Source: Bacteroides sp. (lineage in GTDB: Bacteria > Bacteroidota > Bacteroidia > Bacteroidales > Bacteroidaceae). Taken from it: a DNA stretch of 64,000 nucleotides. The stretch is taken from contig DXLM01000006.1 in NCBI GenBank assembly GCA_019414725.1, positions 4,851 to 68,850 of the forward strand. The letters are read 5' to 3'. The notes under the pieces are model-generated. The model did not search any database. It saw only the letters and a list, made by a program, of their open reading frames with translations, and had not been told where the DNA came from. Below, one piece after another: positions 11,831-22,435 of this stretch; position 1 is the stretch's first letter, and the number at the start of each line of letters is the position of its first letter. A program made the translations under genes and the position numbers.

Positions 11831-13002
11831 TTATTGTTTTGTCTGTAATATAATAAAACGTGGTTTGCAGAACATATCAACAAACACAGTGCCAAAGGTA
11901 ATACCGTTACATTGAATTTTTGCTGTACAAACGGCATTATCATTATAAAAAGTGTTAAATACACTACATTTATTGTATGATAGAGGTCTTTTTTACCTTT
12001 TATAGCTCGACAAACCATGACCGGAAGGTAAAGTAAAGGGATAGGATTCAATAAAAGGATAAGCCAATTGGACCCTACCGTAGGATGAGTAGAAAAAAGG
12101 ACCAGGAAAGTAATGACACACCCCGCTAACCCTTGTACACCAAAAAGAAGCAAATCCCAAATCCAGATTATTTTCCTGGTTTTAAACTGCAACCATCCTA
12201 CAAAACAAGTAATTCCTATTAAAATAAAGACACACGCCAGGGGTGACAATGGAAAACCGTCACCAACATTCTCCGGTTCTGCATCCACCACCTTTTTTTC
12301 ATGCAGAATCAAAGGACGCACGCTGTCACCTACTACTATAGTCGCTTTTTTTGCCGCTTCCAGCAAATAAAAAGGGGCGAACATCTGCTTACGCGCATCA
12401 ATAGGCTTATCAGCTTCACTGCCCAAACACATATCAATGCCCAGCTCATCCCATTTGTGTCCTTTAGTATATTGATGGACAATATCCCGAAAAGAGAGCC
12501 CCTCCTTTCCTTCAGAATAAACAACCTTCCCTTCAATACACCTTTCTATTACATCACGCGCACGGGTAGTGCAATTATCATAGAAAAAGTTATAACGGTA
12601 AACCCTATTCTCCGGCAGATAATTCTCTTCCAGCAATCTTCTGAGTTCCTGTTTTTCCGAAATAGTCAAATTCAATGTCTGCTGATAAACCGAGGAACCA
12701 CGCATAGCATAACTGCCTTCAAAATAAGGATAACGGGTTACGCCCAATTCATAATCAGTTTCTCCTTTGACAAAACGATAGATAAAATGGGGAGCATTAA
12801 AGCTGAACATACCATAATTAAACACCCAGTCCTCTCCACGTGCCTTATCCTCATAGCGCAATGCAGTATGCCCGAACAAAGCATATATTTCCGTACCGGG
12901 AGCACAAGTCATCAGACTTACCTTTATGTTATCTTCCTGACCTCTAACCGATTGACCCAAGAAAAAGAATAACAATATCAATGCTATAATTAATTTATTC
13001 AT
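11827..13002 (-). CDS. lnb: DUF4105 membrane protein, probable lipoprotein N-acyltransferase Lnb
   Basis: FGHTALR, FNYGMFSF and YNFFYDNCTT motifs, then about 5 C-terminal TM helices. Start taken at ATG 13002 (13011 possible). Confidence 0.75.
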   Translation of the reverse strand: MNKLIIALILLFFFLGQSVRGQEDNIKVSLMTCAPGTEIYALFGHTALRYEDKARGEDWVFNYGMFSFNAPHFIYRFVKGETDYELGVTRYPYFEGSYAMRGSSVYQQTLNLTISEKQELRRLLEENYLPENRVYRYNFFYDNCTTRARDVIERCIEGKVVYSEGKEGLSFRDIVHQYTKGHKWDELGIDMCLGSEADKPIDARKQMFAPFYLLEAAKKATIVVGDSVRPLILHEKKVVDAEPENVGDGFPLSPLACVFILIGITCFVGWLQFKTRKIIWIWDLLLFGVQGLAGCVITFLVLFSTHPTVGSNWLILLLNPIPLLYLPVMVCRAIKGKKDLYHTINVVYLTLFIMIMPFVQQKFNVTVLPLALCLLICSANHVLLYYRQNNK

Positions 13003-13128
13003 AAATTCCATTCTCTGTTTACCGATGCAAAAGTACACCTAAATATTAATTAATTCCTCACAAATACCATTTTTTATTGCTATTCCTATTTATTTTTTGC
13101 GTTACTTTGCAGCCGAAAAAGCAAAGTT

Positions 13129-13857
13129 GTGAATTTAATAATCGACATAGGAAACTCAGTAGCCAAATTGGCTATATTCGACAAAGGCGAGTTAGTTGAA
13201 GTATTTCGTGGCTCCAATCATTCTTTAGATTGCCTCCCGATGCTTTGCTCCCGATACCCGTTGAAACGAGGTATCATAGCTTCTGTCATAACACTAAGCA
13301 ATACGATCCGGCACCAACTGGAAAGATTGCCTTTTAACATCATCGAATTAAGTCATGAAACCCCTGTTCCCGTCACTAATTTATATAAAACGCCTCAAAC
13401 ACTGGGCATGGACCGTTTAGCAGCTGTGGTCGCAGCAAACTGGCTGAAGCCTGGACACGATGTGCTGGTTATTGACGCAGGAACCTGTGTCACATACGAT
13501 TTTATTGACGCTGACGGAGCCTATCATGGAGGCAATATTTCTCCAGGAATGCGTATGCGTTTCAAGGCATTGAACATATTCACCGACAAACTTCCCAAAG
13601 TAAGCGCTAAAGGAGAAGTTCCGATGTATGGACAATCTACAGAAACGGCTATCCGGGCAGGAGTCATTCGCGGAATGGAATTTGAAATGAGCGGCTATAT
13701 CACCCATCTTCAAAAGAATTATCCGGAGCTTTTGGTTTTTTTAACGGGCGGAGATGAATTTTCTTTTGATACAAAATTAAAAAGTATCATCTTTGCAGAT
13801 AGATTTTTAGTATTGAAAGGTTTAAACAGAATATTAAGCTATAATGATAAATTATAA
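13129..13857 (+). CDS. coaX: Type III pantothenate kinase
   Basis: [33 protein letters not shown]. Confidence 0.95.
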   Translation: MNLIIDIGNSVAKLAIFDKGELVEVFRGSNHSLDCLPMLCSRYPLKRGIIASVITLSNTIRHQLERLPFNIIELSHETPVPVTNLYKTPQTLGMDRLAAVVAANWLKPGHDVLVIDAGTCVTYDFIDADGAYHGGNISPGMRMRFKALNIFTDKLPKVSAKGEVPMYGQSTETAIRAGVIRGMEFEMSGYITHLQKNYPELLVFLTGGDEFSFDTKLKSIIFADRFLVLKGLNRILSYNDKL

Positions 13858-15160
13858 AAGACTGATTAGTGCGTCAATATTACTCACAGTCACAGGGCTG
13901 GCCGTAGCCCAAACAAGCACAAATTCTCCCTATACACGCTACGGCTTTGGTCAGTTAGCTGATCAAAATTTTGGTAACAGTAAAGCAATGGGAGGAATAG
14001 CATACGGTTTGCGAAACGGCTACCAAATCAACGCATCTAATCCGGCATCTTATACAGCTATCGATTCATTGACATTCTTGTTCGATGCAGGAATGACTCT
14101 TCAAAATGCGAACTTCAAGGATGGTAATGTAAAAACCAATGCTAAAAACTCAAGTTTTGACTATTTGGCCATGCAATTCCGTCTATGGCAAAAAATGGGA
14201 ATGACAGTTGGTTTTCTTCCATTTTCTACAGTAGGTTACAACATTTCCAAAACACATGATTTTGAGGATGTAGACAATAACGGAAAGTGGGCCGAATCTT
14301 ATAATGGCGACGGAGGCTTTCACCAGGTTTTTGTAGGATTAGGTTATAAAGTATTTAATAATTTGTCTGTTGGTGCAAATTTTTCATATCTTTATGGAGA
14401 CATTACCCATCAATCCATGACAGCTATTGGAGCGACAGATACACGTAGTATCAAATTAGACAAATTTTCCATCAGTGATTATAAACTGGATTTTGGTTTA
14501 CAGTATACTTATAAGTTAAACAAGAAAAACACAATAAATGTAGGTGCCGTTTATACACTGGGACATACCTTGCACGGAGATGCATATAAATATCATCAGA
14601 CAGGTACGGAAAGTAATGGTTCCATTTATGTACAGTCACAAACTGGCGATACTATTCCCAACCCGTTTAAAATGCCACATACATTTGGTGCAGGTCTTAC
14701 TTATGTATATGACAACCGCCTGACGATTGGGGTTGACTATACTTTACAAAAATGGAATACAGCCGATCTGACTTGGAGCAAGTTCAACAAAGAAAGTGTG
14801 GAAATGAATAACCGCACAAAAATAGCTTTTGGTGCGGAATTCGTACCAAGTTATATCAGCCACAACTATCTGAAGCGTATCCGTTACCGTATGGGAGCTT
14901 ATTATTCAACTCCTTATAATAAGGTAAGCTATACTGATCCGGACACAGGAGCGACCAGTTTTCAAGACGGTGCACGCGAATATGGCGTCAGTGTAGGTTT
15001 CGGACTTCCCATGTTCCAAAGTAAATCTATGCTGAACATTTCCGGACAATACATTAAAGTCAGTCCTAAATTTAAAGGATTAATGGAAGAGAACTATTTG
15101 AGAATCAATATCGGGCTCACTTTCAATGAACGTTGGTTCATGAAATGGAAAGTGGATTAA
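13844..15160 (+). CDS. Outer-membrane beta-barrel protein (FadL/PorV-like)
   Basis: Signal peptide, [10 protein letters not shown]-terminus, NPAS motif, alternating beta strands, near-terminal ERWF. Confidence 0.8.
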   Translation: MINYKRLISASILLTVTGLAVAQTSTNSPYTRYGFGQLADQNFGNSKAMGGIAYGLRNGYQINASNPASYTAIDSLTFLFDAGMTLQNANFKDGNVKTNAKNSSFDYLAMQFRLWQKMGMTVGFLPFSTVGYNISKTHDFEDVDNNGKWAESYNGDGGFHQVFVGLGYKVFNNLSVGANFSYLYGDITHQSMTAIGATDTRSIKLDKFSISDYKLDFGLQYTYKLNKKNTINVGAVYTLGHTLHGDAYKYHQTGTESNGSIYVQSQTGDTIPNPFKMPHTFGAGLTYVYDNRLTIGVDYTLQKWNTADLTWSKFNKESVEMNNRTKIAFGAEFVPSYISHNYLKRIRYRMGAYYSTPYNKVSYTDPDTGATSFQDGAREYGVSVGFGLPMFQSKSMLNISGQYIKVSPKFKGLMEENYLRINIGLTFNERWFMKWKVD

Positions 15161-15206
15161 TAAATGGAGAGAAGCAAATAAATAACAACAACTAAATTTA
15201 TATACG

Positions 15207-16562
15207 ATGAAAATGAAGATGGTAACAGCGCTGTTCGTTCTTTCCTTAGGTACAACAGCTTCTTTCGCTCAGACCGGAGCGTCAGACGGATCAAGATTCG
15301 GACATGGTGAAGACAGTATCCGATGCTTGAAAAATATCAGTATTTACACTGAGTATGTCAAAACTAACAATTTCAAGGACGCCTATACTCCTTGGATGAG
15401 CGTATTTACAGAAGCCCCCAAAGCTCAAGTAAGTACTTATACTAATGGTGCAAAAATTCTTCGTGCTTTAATAGCCGGTGAAAAAGATGCAGCTAAGCAA
15501 AAACAATACTTCAATGAACTGATGAAAGTTCACGACCAGCGTATCCAATATCTGGACGATTTGAACAAGTTGGTTAAAAGAGATGCTACAAAGGGTTCAA
15601 TTATCGGAATGAAGGCACATGACTACTTCACAATGGGTGGACAGGACATGAATGAAGCATACAACATGTTCAAAGAAGCCATTGAACTTGAAAAAGAAAA
15701 TTCCGACTATTTTGTATTACAAGAATTCATGGATGCTGCTGCCCGTAAAATGAAGAGTGATGAAGCATACAAAGAACAATTCATTCAGGATTACTTGTTT
15801 GCATCAGGAGTTGCTGATGGAGCTTTAAAAGCTGCCACAAAGGAAAATGACAAAAAATTATTGAAAGTGGCAAAAGACAATATCGATGCATTTTTCATTA
15901 ACAGTGGTGTAGCGACTTGCGACAACCTACAAGCTATCTATGCTCCGAAAGTTGAACAAAACAAAACTAATTTGGATTATCTGAAGCAAGTTATTTCTGT
16001 AATGCAGATGCTAAACTGTACAGAACAGGAAGCTTACTTTGCTGCATCTGAAGCCGCACATGCCATCGAACCGACTGCCGAAACTGCTGTAGGTTGCGGA
16101 TACATGTATTACAAGAAAGGTGATATGGACAAATGTATCGACTATTTTGATCAGGCTATCAACTTAGAACAAGACCCATTAAAGAAAGCCGACTATGCAT
16201 ACAAAACCGCTGCTATTTTATTCAGCAAAAAACAGTTGAGCAAGGCAAAACAATATGCGCTGAAGTCAATCTCATTGGATGGAAACAATGGTAAGCCTTA
16301 CATTTTAATTGCTAATATGTATGCATCAAGCCCTAACTGGAGTGATGAAGCCGCATTGAACAAGTGTACTTATTTTGCTGTTATCGACAAATTACAGAAA
16401 GCAAAAAGTGTAGATCCTAGTGTTGCTGAAGAAGCAAATAAACTAATTGGTACTTATGCAGCCCATACTCCTAAAGACGCAGACTTGTTCTTCCTCAGCT
16501 TGAAGAAAGGTGACTCTGTTACAATCGGTGGATGGATTGGTGAAACAACAACTATCAGATAA
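15207..16562 (+). CDS. Periplasmic tetratricopeptide-repeat protein
   Basis: Signal peptide; helical repeats such as YYKKGDMDKCIDYFDQAINLE. Confidence 0.85.
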   Translation: MKMKMVTALFVLSLGTTASFAQTGASDGSRFGHGEDSIRCLKNISIYTEYVKTNNFKDAYTPWMSVFTEAPKAQVSTYTNGAKILRALIAGEKDAAKQKQYFNELMKVHDQRIQYLDDLNKLVKRDATKGSIIGMKAHDYFTMGGQDMNEAYNMFKEAIELEKENSDYFVLQEFMDAAARKMKSDEAYKEQFIQDYLFASGVADGALKAATKENDKKLLKVAKDNIDAFFINSGVATCDNLQAIYAPKVEQNKTNLDYLKQVISVMQMLNCTEQEAYFAASEAAHAIEPTAETAVGCGYMYYKKGDMDKCIDYFDQAINLEQDPLKKADYAYKTAAILFSKKQLSKAKQYALKSISLDGNNGKPYILIANMYASSPNWSDEAALNKCTYFAVIDKLQKAKSVDPSVAEEANKLIGTYAAHTPKDADLFFLSLKKGDSVTIGGWIGETTTIR

Positions 16563-16564
16563 TT

Positions 16565-17209
16565 ATGTCGTCTGAAAAAAAACAAGAATCACACTTTATA
16601 TTTCTAAACATAACAGTTGCCATTTGGGCAACTGTTATGTTTGTTTTATTCCCAGCATGCTCAGGAGGCGAAAAAAATCTGGCGGAAGCCATTACAGAAA
16701 GAGATTCATTGCCTAGCATGAAAACATTGGGGGTTACTACCCTTATATCCGATTCCGGTATTACCCGCTACAAAATTATCACAGAAGAATGGGAAATTTA
16801 TGATAAAAAGAACCCTCCTTATTGGGCTTTTGAAAAAGGAGTTTATCTGGAAAAGTTTGATTCCCTATTCCATATTGATGCCAGCATAAAAGCCGATACA
16901 GCCTATTACTACGAGAAAAAGAAACTTTGGGAATTGAGAAGCAATGTGCATATCCGCAGCCAAAGAGGCGACAAATTTGACACAGACCTGCTCTTTTGGG
17001 ATGAAAAACAGGAAAGGGTCTATTCTGACAAATTTATCCGCATTGAACAAGAAGACAAAATCATTACCGGTTATGGATTTGAATCCAACCAGCAAATGAC
17101 AGAATATCAAATTTATAATAACACAGGTATTTTCACTGTAGAAGATACAGCACCAGCAGACAGTACAAAAGCTGTTGCAAATAGCACCAGAACTGATTCG
17201 ATACGCTAA
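16565..17209 (+). CDS. lptC: LPS export periplasmic protein LptC
   Basis: N-terminal anchor, beta-jellyroll-like TDLLFWD..ITGYGFESN, conserved position in the cluster. Confidence 0.8.
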   Translation: MSSEKKQESHFIFLNITVAIWATVMFVLFPACSGGEKNLAEAITERDSLPSMKTLGVTTLISDSGITRYKIITEEWEIYDKKNPPYWAFEKGVYLEKFDSLFHIDASIKADTAYYYEKKKLWELRSNVHIRSQRGDKFDTDLLFWDEKQERVYSDKFIRIEQEDKIITGYGFESNQQMTEYQIYNNTGIFTVEDTAPADSTKAVANSTRTDSIR

Positions 17210-17222
17210 TTCACTCACTATT

Positions 17223-18482
17223 ATGGGTATTATTATACAAATTCTTATCACAATGGCTTTTTCCGCTTTTTTCTCCGGCATGGAAATAGCCTTTGTTTCA
17301 TCCAATAAATTACGTTTTGAAATGGATCGTAACAGCCAAAGCATAAATTCACGTATACTTTCCATCTTCTTTCATAATCCGAACAATTTTATCTCTACCA
17401 TGTTGGTAGGGAACAACATCGCTTTGGTCATTTACGGTATATTGATGGCACAAGTCATTGAACAAAACTTGCTGGCAGGATTGATAGACAACCACTTTTT
17501 ATTAGTACTGATCCAAACAATTATTTCCACATTAATCATCTTGGTCACAGGAGAGTTCCTGCCTAAAACCTTATTTAAGATTAATCCCAATTTCACTCTG
17601 AATATTTTTGCAGTTCCCACTTACATTTGCTATGTCTTGCTCTATCCCATCAGCAAGTTTGCTTCGGGAATATCCAATATATTACTTTACATTATAGGCA
17701 TTAAAACAAATAAAGAAGCCAATGAAAAAGCTTTTACCAAAGTCGATCTAGATTACTTTATTCAAAGCAGTATACAAGATGTTCAAAATGAACAAGACAT
17801 AGACACCGAAGTCAAGATATTCCAAAATGCACTAGATTTTTCGAATATCAGAATTAGGGATTGTATGGTACCCAGAACCGAAATTGTTGCCATAGAATAT
17901 GGAACTCCCATAGAAGAACTAAAAGCCCGCTTCATTGAAAGCGGAATCAGTAAAATCATTGTCTATAAAGAAAACATTGACAATATTATAGGTTATATCC
18001 ATTCTTCTGAAATGTTTCGTGAACAGACCGACTGGACTAAGAGTGTCCGCCAACTACCTATTGCTCCCGAAACGATGGGAGCGCATAAGCTGATGAAACT
18101 ATTCATGCAGCAAAAGAAATCCTTAGCTGTAGTAGTCGATGAATTCGGAGGTACATCCGGCATCGTGGCGCTAGAAGATTTAGTGGAAGAAATTTTCGGT
18201 GAAATAGAAGATGAGCATGACACGACTTCTTACATAGCCAAATCTGTCGGTGACAATGAATACATCCTTTCCGGACGTCTGGAAATAGAAAAAGCCAATG
18301 AATTGTTCTCACTTGACCTACCGGAAAATGATGATTACCAAACTATCGGTGGACTCATCCTGCACCAATACCAAAGCTTCCCCAAAATACATGAAGAGAT
18401 CACTTTCGATAAATTCCATTTCAAAATAATTAAAGTAACAGCAACCAAAATTGAATTAGTAAAGTTGAAAGTAACCGAATAA
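17223..18482 (+). CDS. HlyC/CorC (CNNM) family transporter-associated protein
   Basis: SAFFSGMEIAF, GEFLPK, CBS pair (VVDEFGGTSGIVALEDLVEEIFGEIEDEHD), CorC domain; ATG 17223 preferred. Confidence 0.92.
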   Translation: MGIIIQILITMAFSAFFSGMEIAFVSSNKLRFEMDRNSQSINSRILSIFFHNPNNFISTMLVGNNIALVIYGILMAQVIEQNLLAGLIDNHFLLVLIQTIISTLIILVTGEFLPKTLFKINPNFTLNIFAVPTYICYVLLYPISKFASGISNILLYIIGIKTNKEANEKAFTKVDLDYFIQSSIQDVQNEQDIDTEVKIFQNALDFSNIRIRDCMVPRTEIVAIEYGTPIEELKARFIESGISKIIVYKENIDNIIGYIHSSEMFREQTDWTKSVRQLPIAPETMGAHKLMKLFMQQKKSLAVVVDEFGGTSGIVALEDLVEEIFGEIEDEHDTTSYIAKSVGDNEYILSGRLEIEKANELFSLDLPENDDYQTIGGLILHQYQSFPKIHEEITFDKFHFKIIKVTATKIELVKLKVTE

Positions 18483-18587
18483 TAGATTTTTTTCACAATA
18501 AAATAGCTTGTAAGCTGCATTTTTTGTATCTTCGTGCGCTAAATCTATGAAGTATAAAAAAACAATAAACAAAAATAGTAAAATTAA

Positions 18588-20720
18588 ATGGCAACATTAC
18601 AAACAATCAGAAGTAAAGGCCCTCTGTTGGTCGTTGTAATCGGACTTGCCCTCTTCGCATTCATTGCCGGAGACGCATGGAAGGTTCTCCAACCACATCA
18701 GGGTAAACAAGACGTAGGTGAAGTGAATGGAAAAACACTTACAGCACAAGAGTATCAAAAAATGGTAGACGAATACACAGAAGTCATTAAATTGACACAA
18801 GGTGTTTCTGCATTAAATGACGACCAACTGACTCAAGTGAAAGACCAAGTATGGCAATCTTACGTAAATAACCAATTAATCGCAGCAGAAGCTGCAAAAT
18901 TGGGACTGACTGTCAGCAAAGCTGAAGTTCAAGCAATCATTGAGGAGGGTACTAACCCCTTATTAATGCAAACTCCGTTCCGCAATCCGCAAACCGGTGC
19001 TTTCGACAAAGATATGCTGAAAAAATTCCTGGTAGATTACGCTCACCTGGATGCAAGCAAAATGCCTGCACAATATGTAGAATACTATCAAAAAATGGGA
19101 GCTTTTTGGAATTTTATTGAAAAGACTTTGATCCAATCTACTTTAGCTGAAAAATATCAGAACCTGATTGCAAAATCATTGATCTCAAATCCGGTTGCAG
19201 CTGAAGATGCGTTTACATCACGCACTGAACAATCAGACGTTTTACTGGCTGCAATTCCTTATTCTTCTATCAGCGATTCAACTATCACGGTTTCAAACAG
19301 CGAAATCAAAGATCTGTATAACAAGAAAAAAAGTTCTTTCGAACAGCCGGTTGAAACTCGTAACATCAAATACATTGATGTATTGGTAACTCCATCTGAA
19401 GAAGATCGCAAAGAAGTATTAAATGAAGTAACCGAATATGCCAACCAGCTAGGTACCGCTGCCGACATGAACACATTCATCCGTTCCACCGGCTCTGTTG
19501 TTCCTTTTTCTGAAATTGCAATCAACAAGACTGTATATCCTAATGATGTAGTTGCTCGTTTGGACTCTGTAACTATCAACGAAGTATATGGTCCTTACTA
19601 TAATCAGGCAGATGATTCATATAATGCTTTTAAAATTATTGCCAAGCAGACTGCTCCCGATTCAATCCAATATCGTCAAATTCAGGTATATGCTGAAGAT
19701 GCTGCTAAAACCGCAACTTTAGCCGATAGTATTTTCAATGCACTGAAAGATGGAGCTGACTTTGCTGATATCGCAAAAAAATATGGTCAGACAGGTGAAG
19801 CAACCTGGTTGACTGCACGCAACTATGAAGGTGCTGCATTAGATGCTGACAATGCTAAATACATCAACACATTGATTAACTCTAATGTTAAAGAATTAAG
19901 CAATCTTCAGATCGGACAAGCTAACGTTATTCTTCAAGTGTTGGATAAAAAAGCCATGAAAGATAAATATAAAGTTGCAGTGATTAAACGTCCGGTTGAA
20001 TTCAGCAAAGAAACATACAACAAGGCATACAATGATTTCAGCCAATTCGTAGCGCAGAACACTACAATGGATAAGATTGTTGCCAATGCAGAAGAAAGCG
20101 GATACCGCTTGTTAGAACGTGCTGATTTCCGTAGCGCAGAACACCGTGTGGGTGGTGTAAAAGGAACCCGTGAAGCGTTGAAATGGATTTTTGCAGCCAA
20201 AGAAGGTGAAGTGTCTCCATTGTATGAATGTGGTGAGAACGATCACCTGATGGTAGTTGCTCTTGAAAAGATTAATCCTGCCGGATATCGTAATATCAAC
20301 TTGGTTGCCGACATGCTGAAAGCAGAAATCATCAAAGATAAAAAAGCTGAAAAACTGATAGCTGAAATGAAAGGTGCAAACAGCATTGACCAAGTGAAAA
20401 ATATGGCAAATGCAGTTAGCGATTCTGTAAAACATATCACTTTCTCTGCTCCGGCATATGTTTCAGTAACTCGCGCCAGCGAACCAGCTTTAGGTGCTTA
20501 TGCAAGCAAAGCTGAAGTAAACAAGTTAACTGGTCCTATCAAGGGTAATGCAGGTGTTTACATGATTCAGGTTTATAACAAAGAAAAAAGTGCAGAAGAA
20601 TTTGATGCTAAAAACGAAGAAAACAACTTGTCTAATATGGCAGGACGTTATGCTAGCAGTTTCATCAATGACCTCTACAAAAAAGCTGAAGTGAAAGATG
20701 ACCGTTATCTGTACTTCTAA
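18588..20720 (+). CDS. SurA-N/parvulin peptidyl-prolyl isomerase (PpiD-like)
   Basis: MATLQTIR..IGLALFAF N-terminal anchor; GADFADIAKKY parvulin motif. Confidence 0.88.
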   Translation: MATLQTIRSKGPLLVVVIGLALFAFIAGDAWKVLQPHQGKQDVGEVNGKTLTAQEYQKMVDEYTEVIKLTQGVSALNDDQLTQVKDQVWQSYVNNQLIAAEAAKLGLTVSKAEVQAIIEEGTNPLLMQTPFRNPQTGAFDKDMLKKFLVDYAHLDASKMPAQYVEYYQKMGAFWNFIEKTLIQSTLAEKYQNLIAKSLISNPVAAEDAFTSRTEQSDVLLAAIPYSSISDSTITVSNSEIKDLYNKKKSSFEQPVETRNIKYIDVLVTPSEEDRKEVLNEVTEYANQLGTAADMNTFIRSTGSVVPFSEIAINKTVYPNDVVARLDSVTINEVYGPYYNQADDSYNAFKIIAKQTAPDSIQYRQIQVYAEDAAKTATLADSIFNALKDGADFADIAKKYGQTGEATWLTARNYEGAALDADNAKYINTLINSNVKELSNLQIGQANVILQVLDKKAMKDKYKVAVIKRPVEFSKETYNKAYNDFSQFVAQNTTMDKIVANAEESGYRLLERADFRSAEHRVGGVKGTREALKWIFAAKEGEVSPLYECGENDHLMVVALEKINPAGYRNINLVADMLKAEIIKDKKAEKLIAEMKGANSIDQVKNMANAVSDSVKHITFSAPAYVSVTRASEPALGAYASKAEVNKLTGPIKGNAGVYMIQVYNKEKSAEEFDAKNEENNLSNMAGRYASSFINDLYKKAEVKDDRYLYF

Positions 20721-20741
20721 TCTGTAGTATATAATCCTATA

Positions 20742-20791
20742 AATATAAAAACAGGCTGTATCAAATGATTGGTACAGCCTGTTTTTATATT
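20742..20791 (+). terminator. Intrinsic terminator with 19-bp stem
   Basis: AATATAAAAACAGGCTGTA / TACAGCCTGTTTTTATATT. Confidence 0.8.
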
Positions 20792-20810
20792 CTTCCTGTC
20801 GTTGGTGACA

Positions 20811-20904
20811 GGACGTTTTTTTAAAAGATCAAGAGCTTTTAAAAAAAGATAACCGCCTTTTTAAAAAAGAACAAGAGCTTTTTTAAAAACGTCTTGATCT
20901 TTTT
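20811..20904. repeat. About 4.5 imperfect 21-bp tandem units with T/A tracts and a nested inverted repeat
   Basis: GGACGTTTTTTTAAAAGATCA / AGAGCTTTTAAAAAAAGATAA / CCGCCTTTTTAAAAAAGAACA / AGAGCTTTTTTAAAAACGTCT / TGATCTTTTT. Confidence 0.7.
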
Positions 20905-21349
20905 TACCCCTGCCGAAAATTCCATCGTAAGCCTCATTTCGTAGAAACCCTTCTCATGCATACTTCTTACGATAGAAAAGCCTGAAAATGTCCTACTTTG
21001 CATCAAACACAAACAGCCTGTAAAAAATATGCATAACTGACAACAAGCATGTTATGTAAAAAAAACTTCAAAACATAGTGAGGGCATGAGAGTATAAGTG
21101 AGAGCAAGAATTTTTACCGTCAATACATAAGTAATTTATAATTAGCCTGTTATACACACAATGAGGGCATGAGGGCATATATGCTCGAAGTTCCTGTATC
21201 GAAAAACTGACAGGTCAGAGATACTTCCGAAAGTTGACCGAAGAACAAAATGATCCTTCAAGAACGGTAATCCTCCTTAATGTTACAGGTGGACTCCCAA
21301 AACTGTCAAAACATCGAAATCTCAAGTCCAAAGTAGCAATATGTATAAG

Positions 21350-22435
21350 CTACCAACTAAAAATAATGGGAATGGTGAATTGATTCACATAAAACTCCCG
21401 ATACCATTTCTTTGAATTGAAATAATACCCCGTACTCCATTTTTCATTCACTAATTGAAGTACCCGCAATGCTTCGGCATCCATTAATGGATCAAGTCCT
21501 CTCACCAGCCGAAAATCTTTCATTGAACCATCTATATCCACATTGAAACTATAAATCACCCGTCCCTGCTTTCCCGTAGCTTTCATTTCGGGAGTTATTT
21601 TCAGATGAGAATTTATAAATTGCGTCAAAGCAACAGTACCACCGGGATAAGAAGAGTATCTATAAGGCTCCCAAGTGGTCTTTTCCAAATCTTCCTGTGC
21701 ACATTCCCTATACAATAAATAATGTTCCAGATCCTCTTTCCAAAAACGCATAGTCAAAAAATAATCATATGGCACAGGTTTGCTGTTTTTCATGGCAGGA
21801 ATCAGCCGGGGAAAATTAGAAAGAATACGTATAGCCTCTTTATCAAAAGCCGGATGAGTGCCTTTTATCACACGGATATTCATAATCTCCCCGTTTTCAT
21901 TCACCGTAAAACGGCAAATAGCAACGGCTTTATCCACTTTATCATCAGGCCAACCCATATTTCCCATAACAAGACTACGAATATCATCTGGAAAGACAGG
22001 CATGGAATCGACAAATTGTCCCCTGCAAGATTCCAGAACTTGCTGCTGCCGCCAAATACGGTCACTGTAAATATCAGGATTAAAAGGAATATGAAAGACT
22101 ACAGTACTATCTATATCTCTACCCGCTTTCTTTGCAGGCTGCCATTCACGCATCCCCTCAATCACATCTTCGGCCGCCTTGGCAAACAAAGGATGAGTGG
22201 CTTCAATATATTTACTACGGACAATACCCAAACTATCAATGCGGAGTGTACACACTGCTTCACCTGCAATATCCGCCTTTAATAAAGAATCCGGATATAC
22301 AAGCTGCCACACAGCATAATCCGTAATACCTTTTACTGTGGGATAATATGGTGGAAGATTCATATTCTTTTGTGCATAAAAAGATAGAAAGGGAAATATG
22401 CACCCTATTAATAAAAGTGATAATCTATTATTCAT
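21350..22435 (-). CDS. Protein with three tandem TonB C-terminal domains
   Basis: Three repeats of the YP/WP...G.V...F.V...G....R......HP.FD.EA.R pattern after a signal peptide. Confidence 0.8.
   Translation of the reverse strand: MNNRLSLLLIGCIFPFLSFYAQKNMNLPPYYPTVKGITDYAVWQLVYPDSLLKADIAGEAVCTLRIDSLGIVRSKYIEATHPLFAKAAEDVIEGMREWQPAKKAGRDIDSTVVFHIPFNPDIYSDRIWRQQQVLESCRGQFVDSMPVFPDDIRSLVMGNMGWPDDKVDKAVAICRFTVNENGEIMNIRVIKGTHPAFDKEAIRILSNFPRLIPAMKNSKPVPYDYFLTMRFWKEDLEHYLLYRECAQEDLEKTTWEPYRYSSYPGGTVALTQFINSHLKITPEMKATGKQGRVIYSFNVDIDGSMKDFRLVRGLDPLMDAEALRVLQLVNEKWSTGYYFNSKKWYREFYVNQFTIPIIFSW

Noticed and set aside
20811..20904. Possible CRISPR array
   Set aside because: Units are contiguous and degenerate with no unique spacers, and there are no cas genes.
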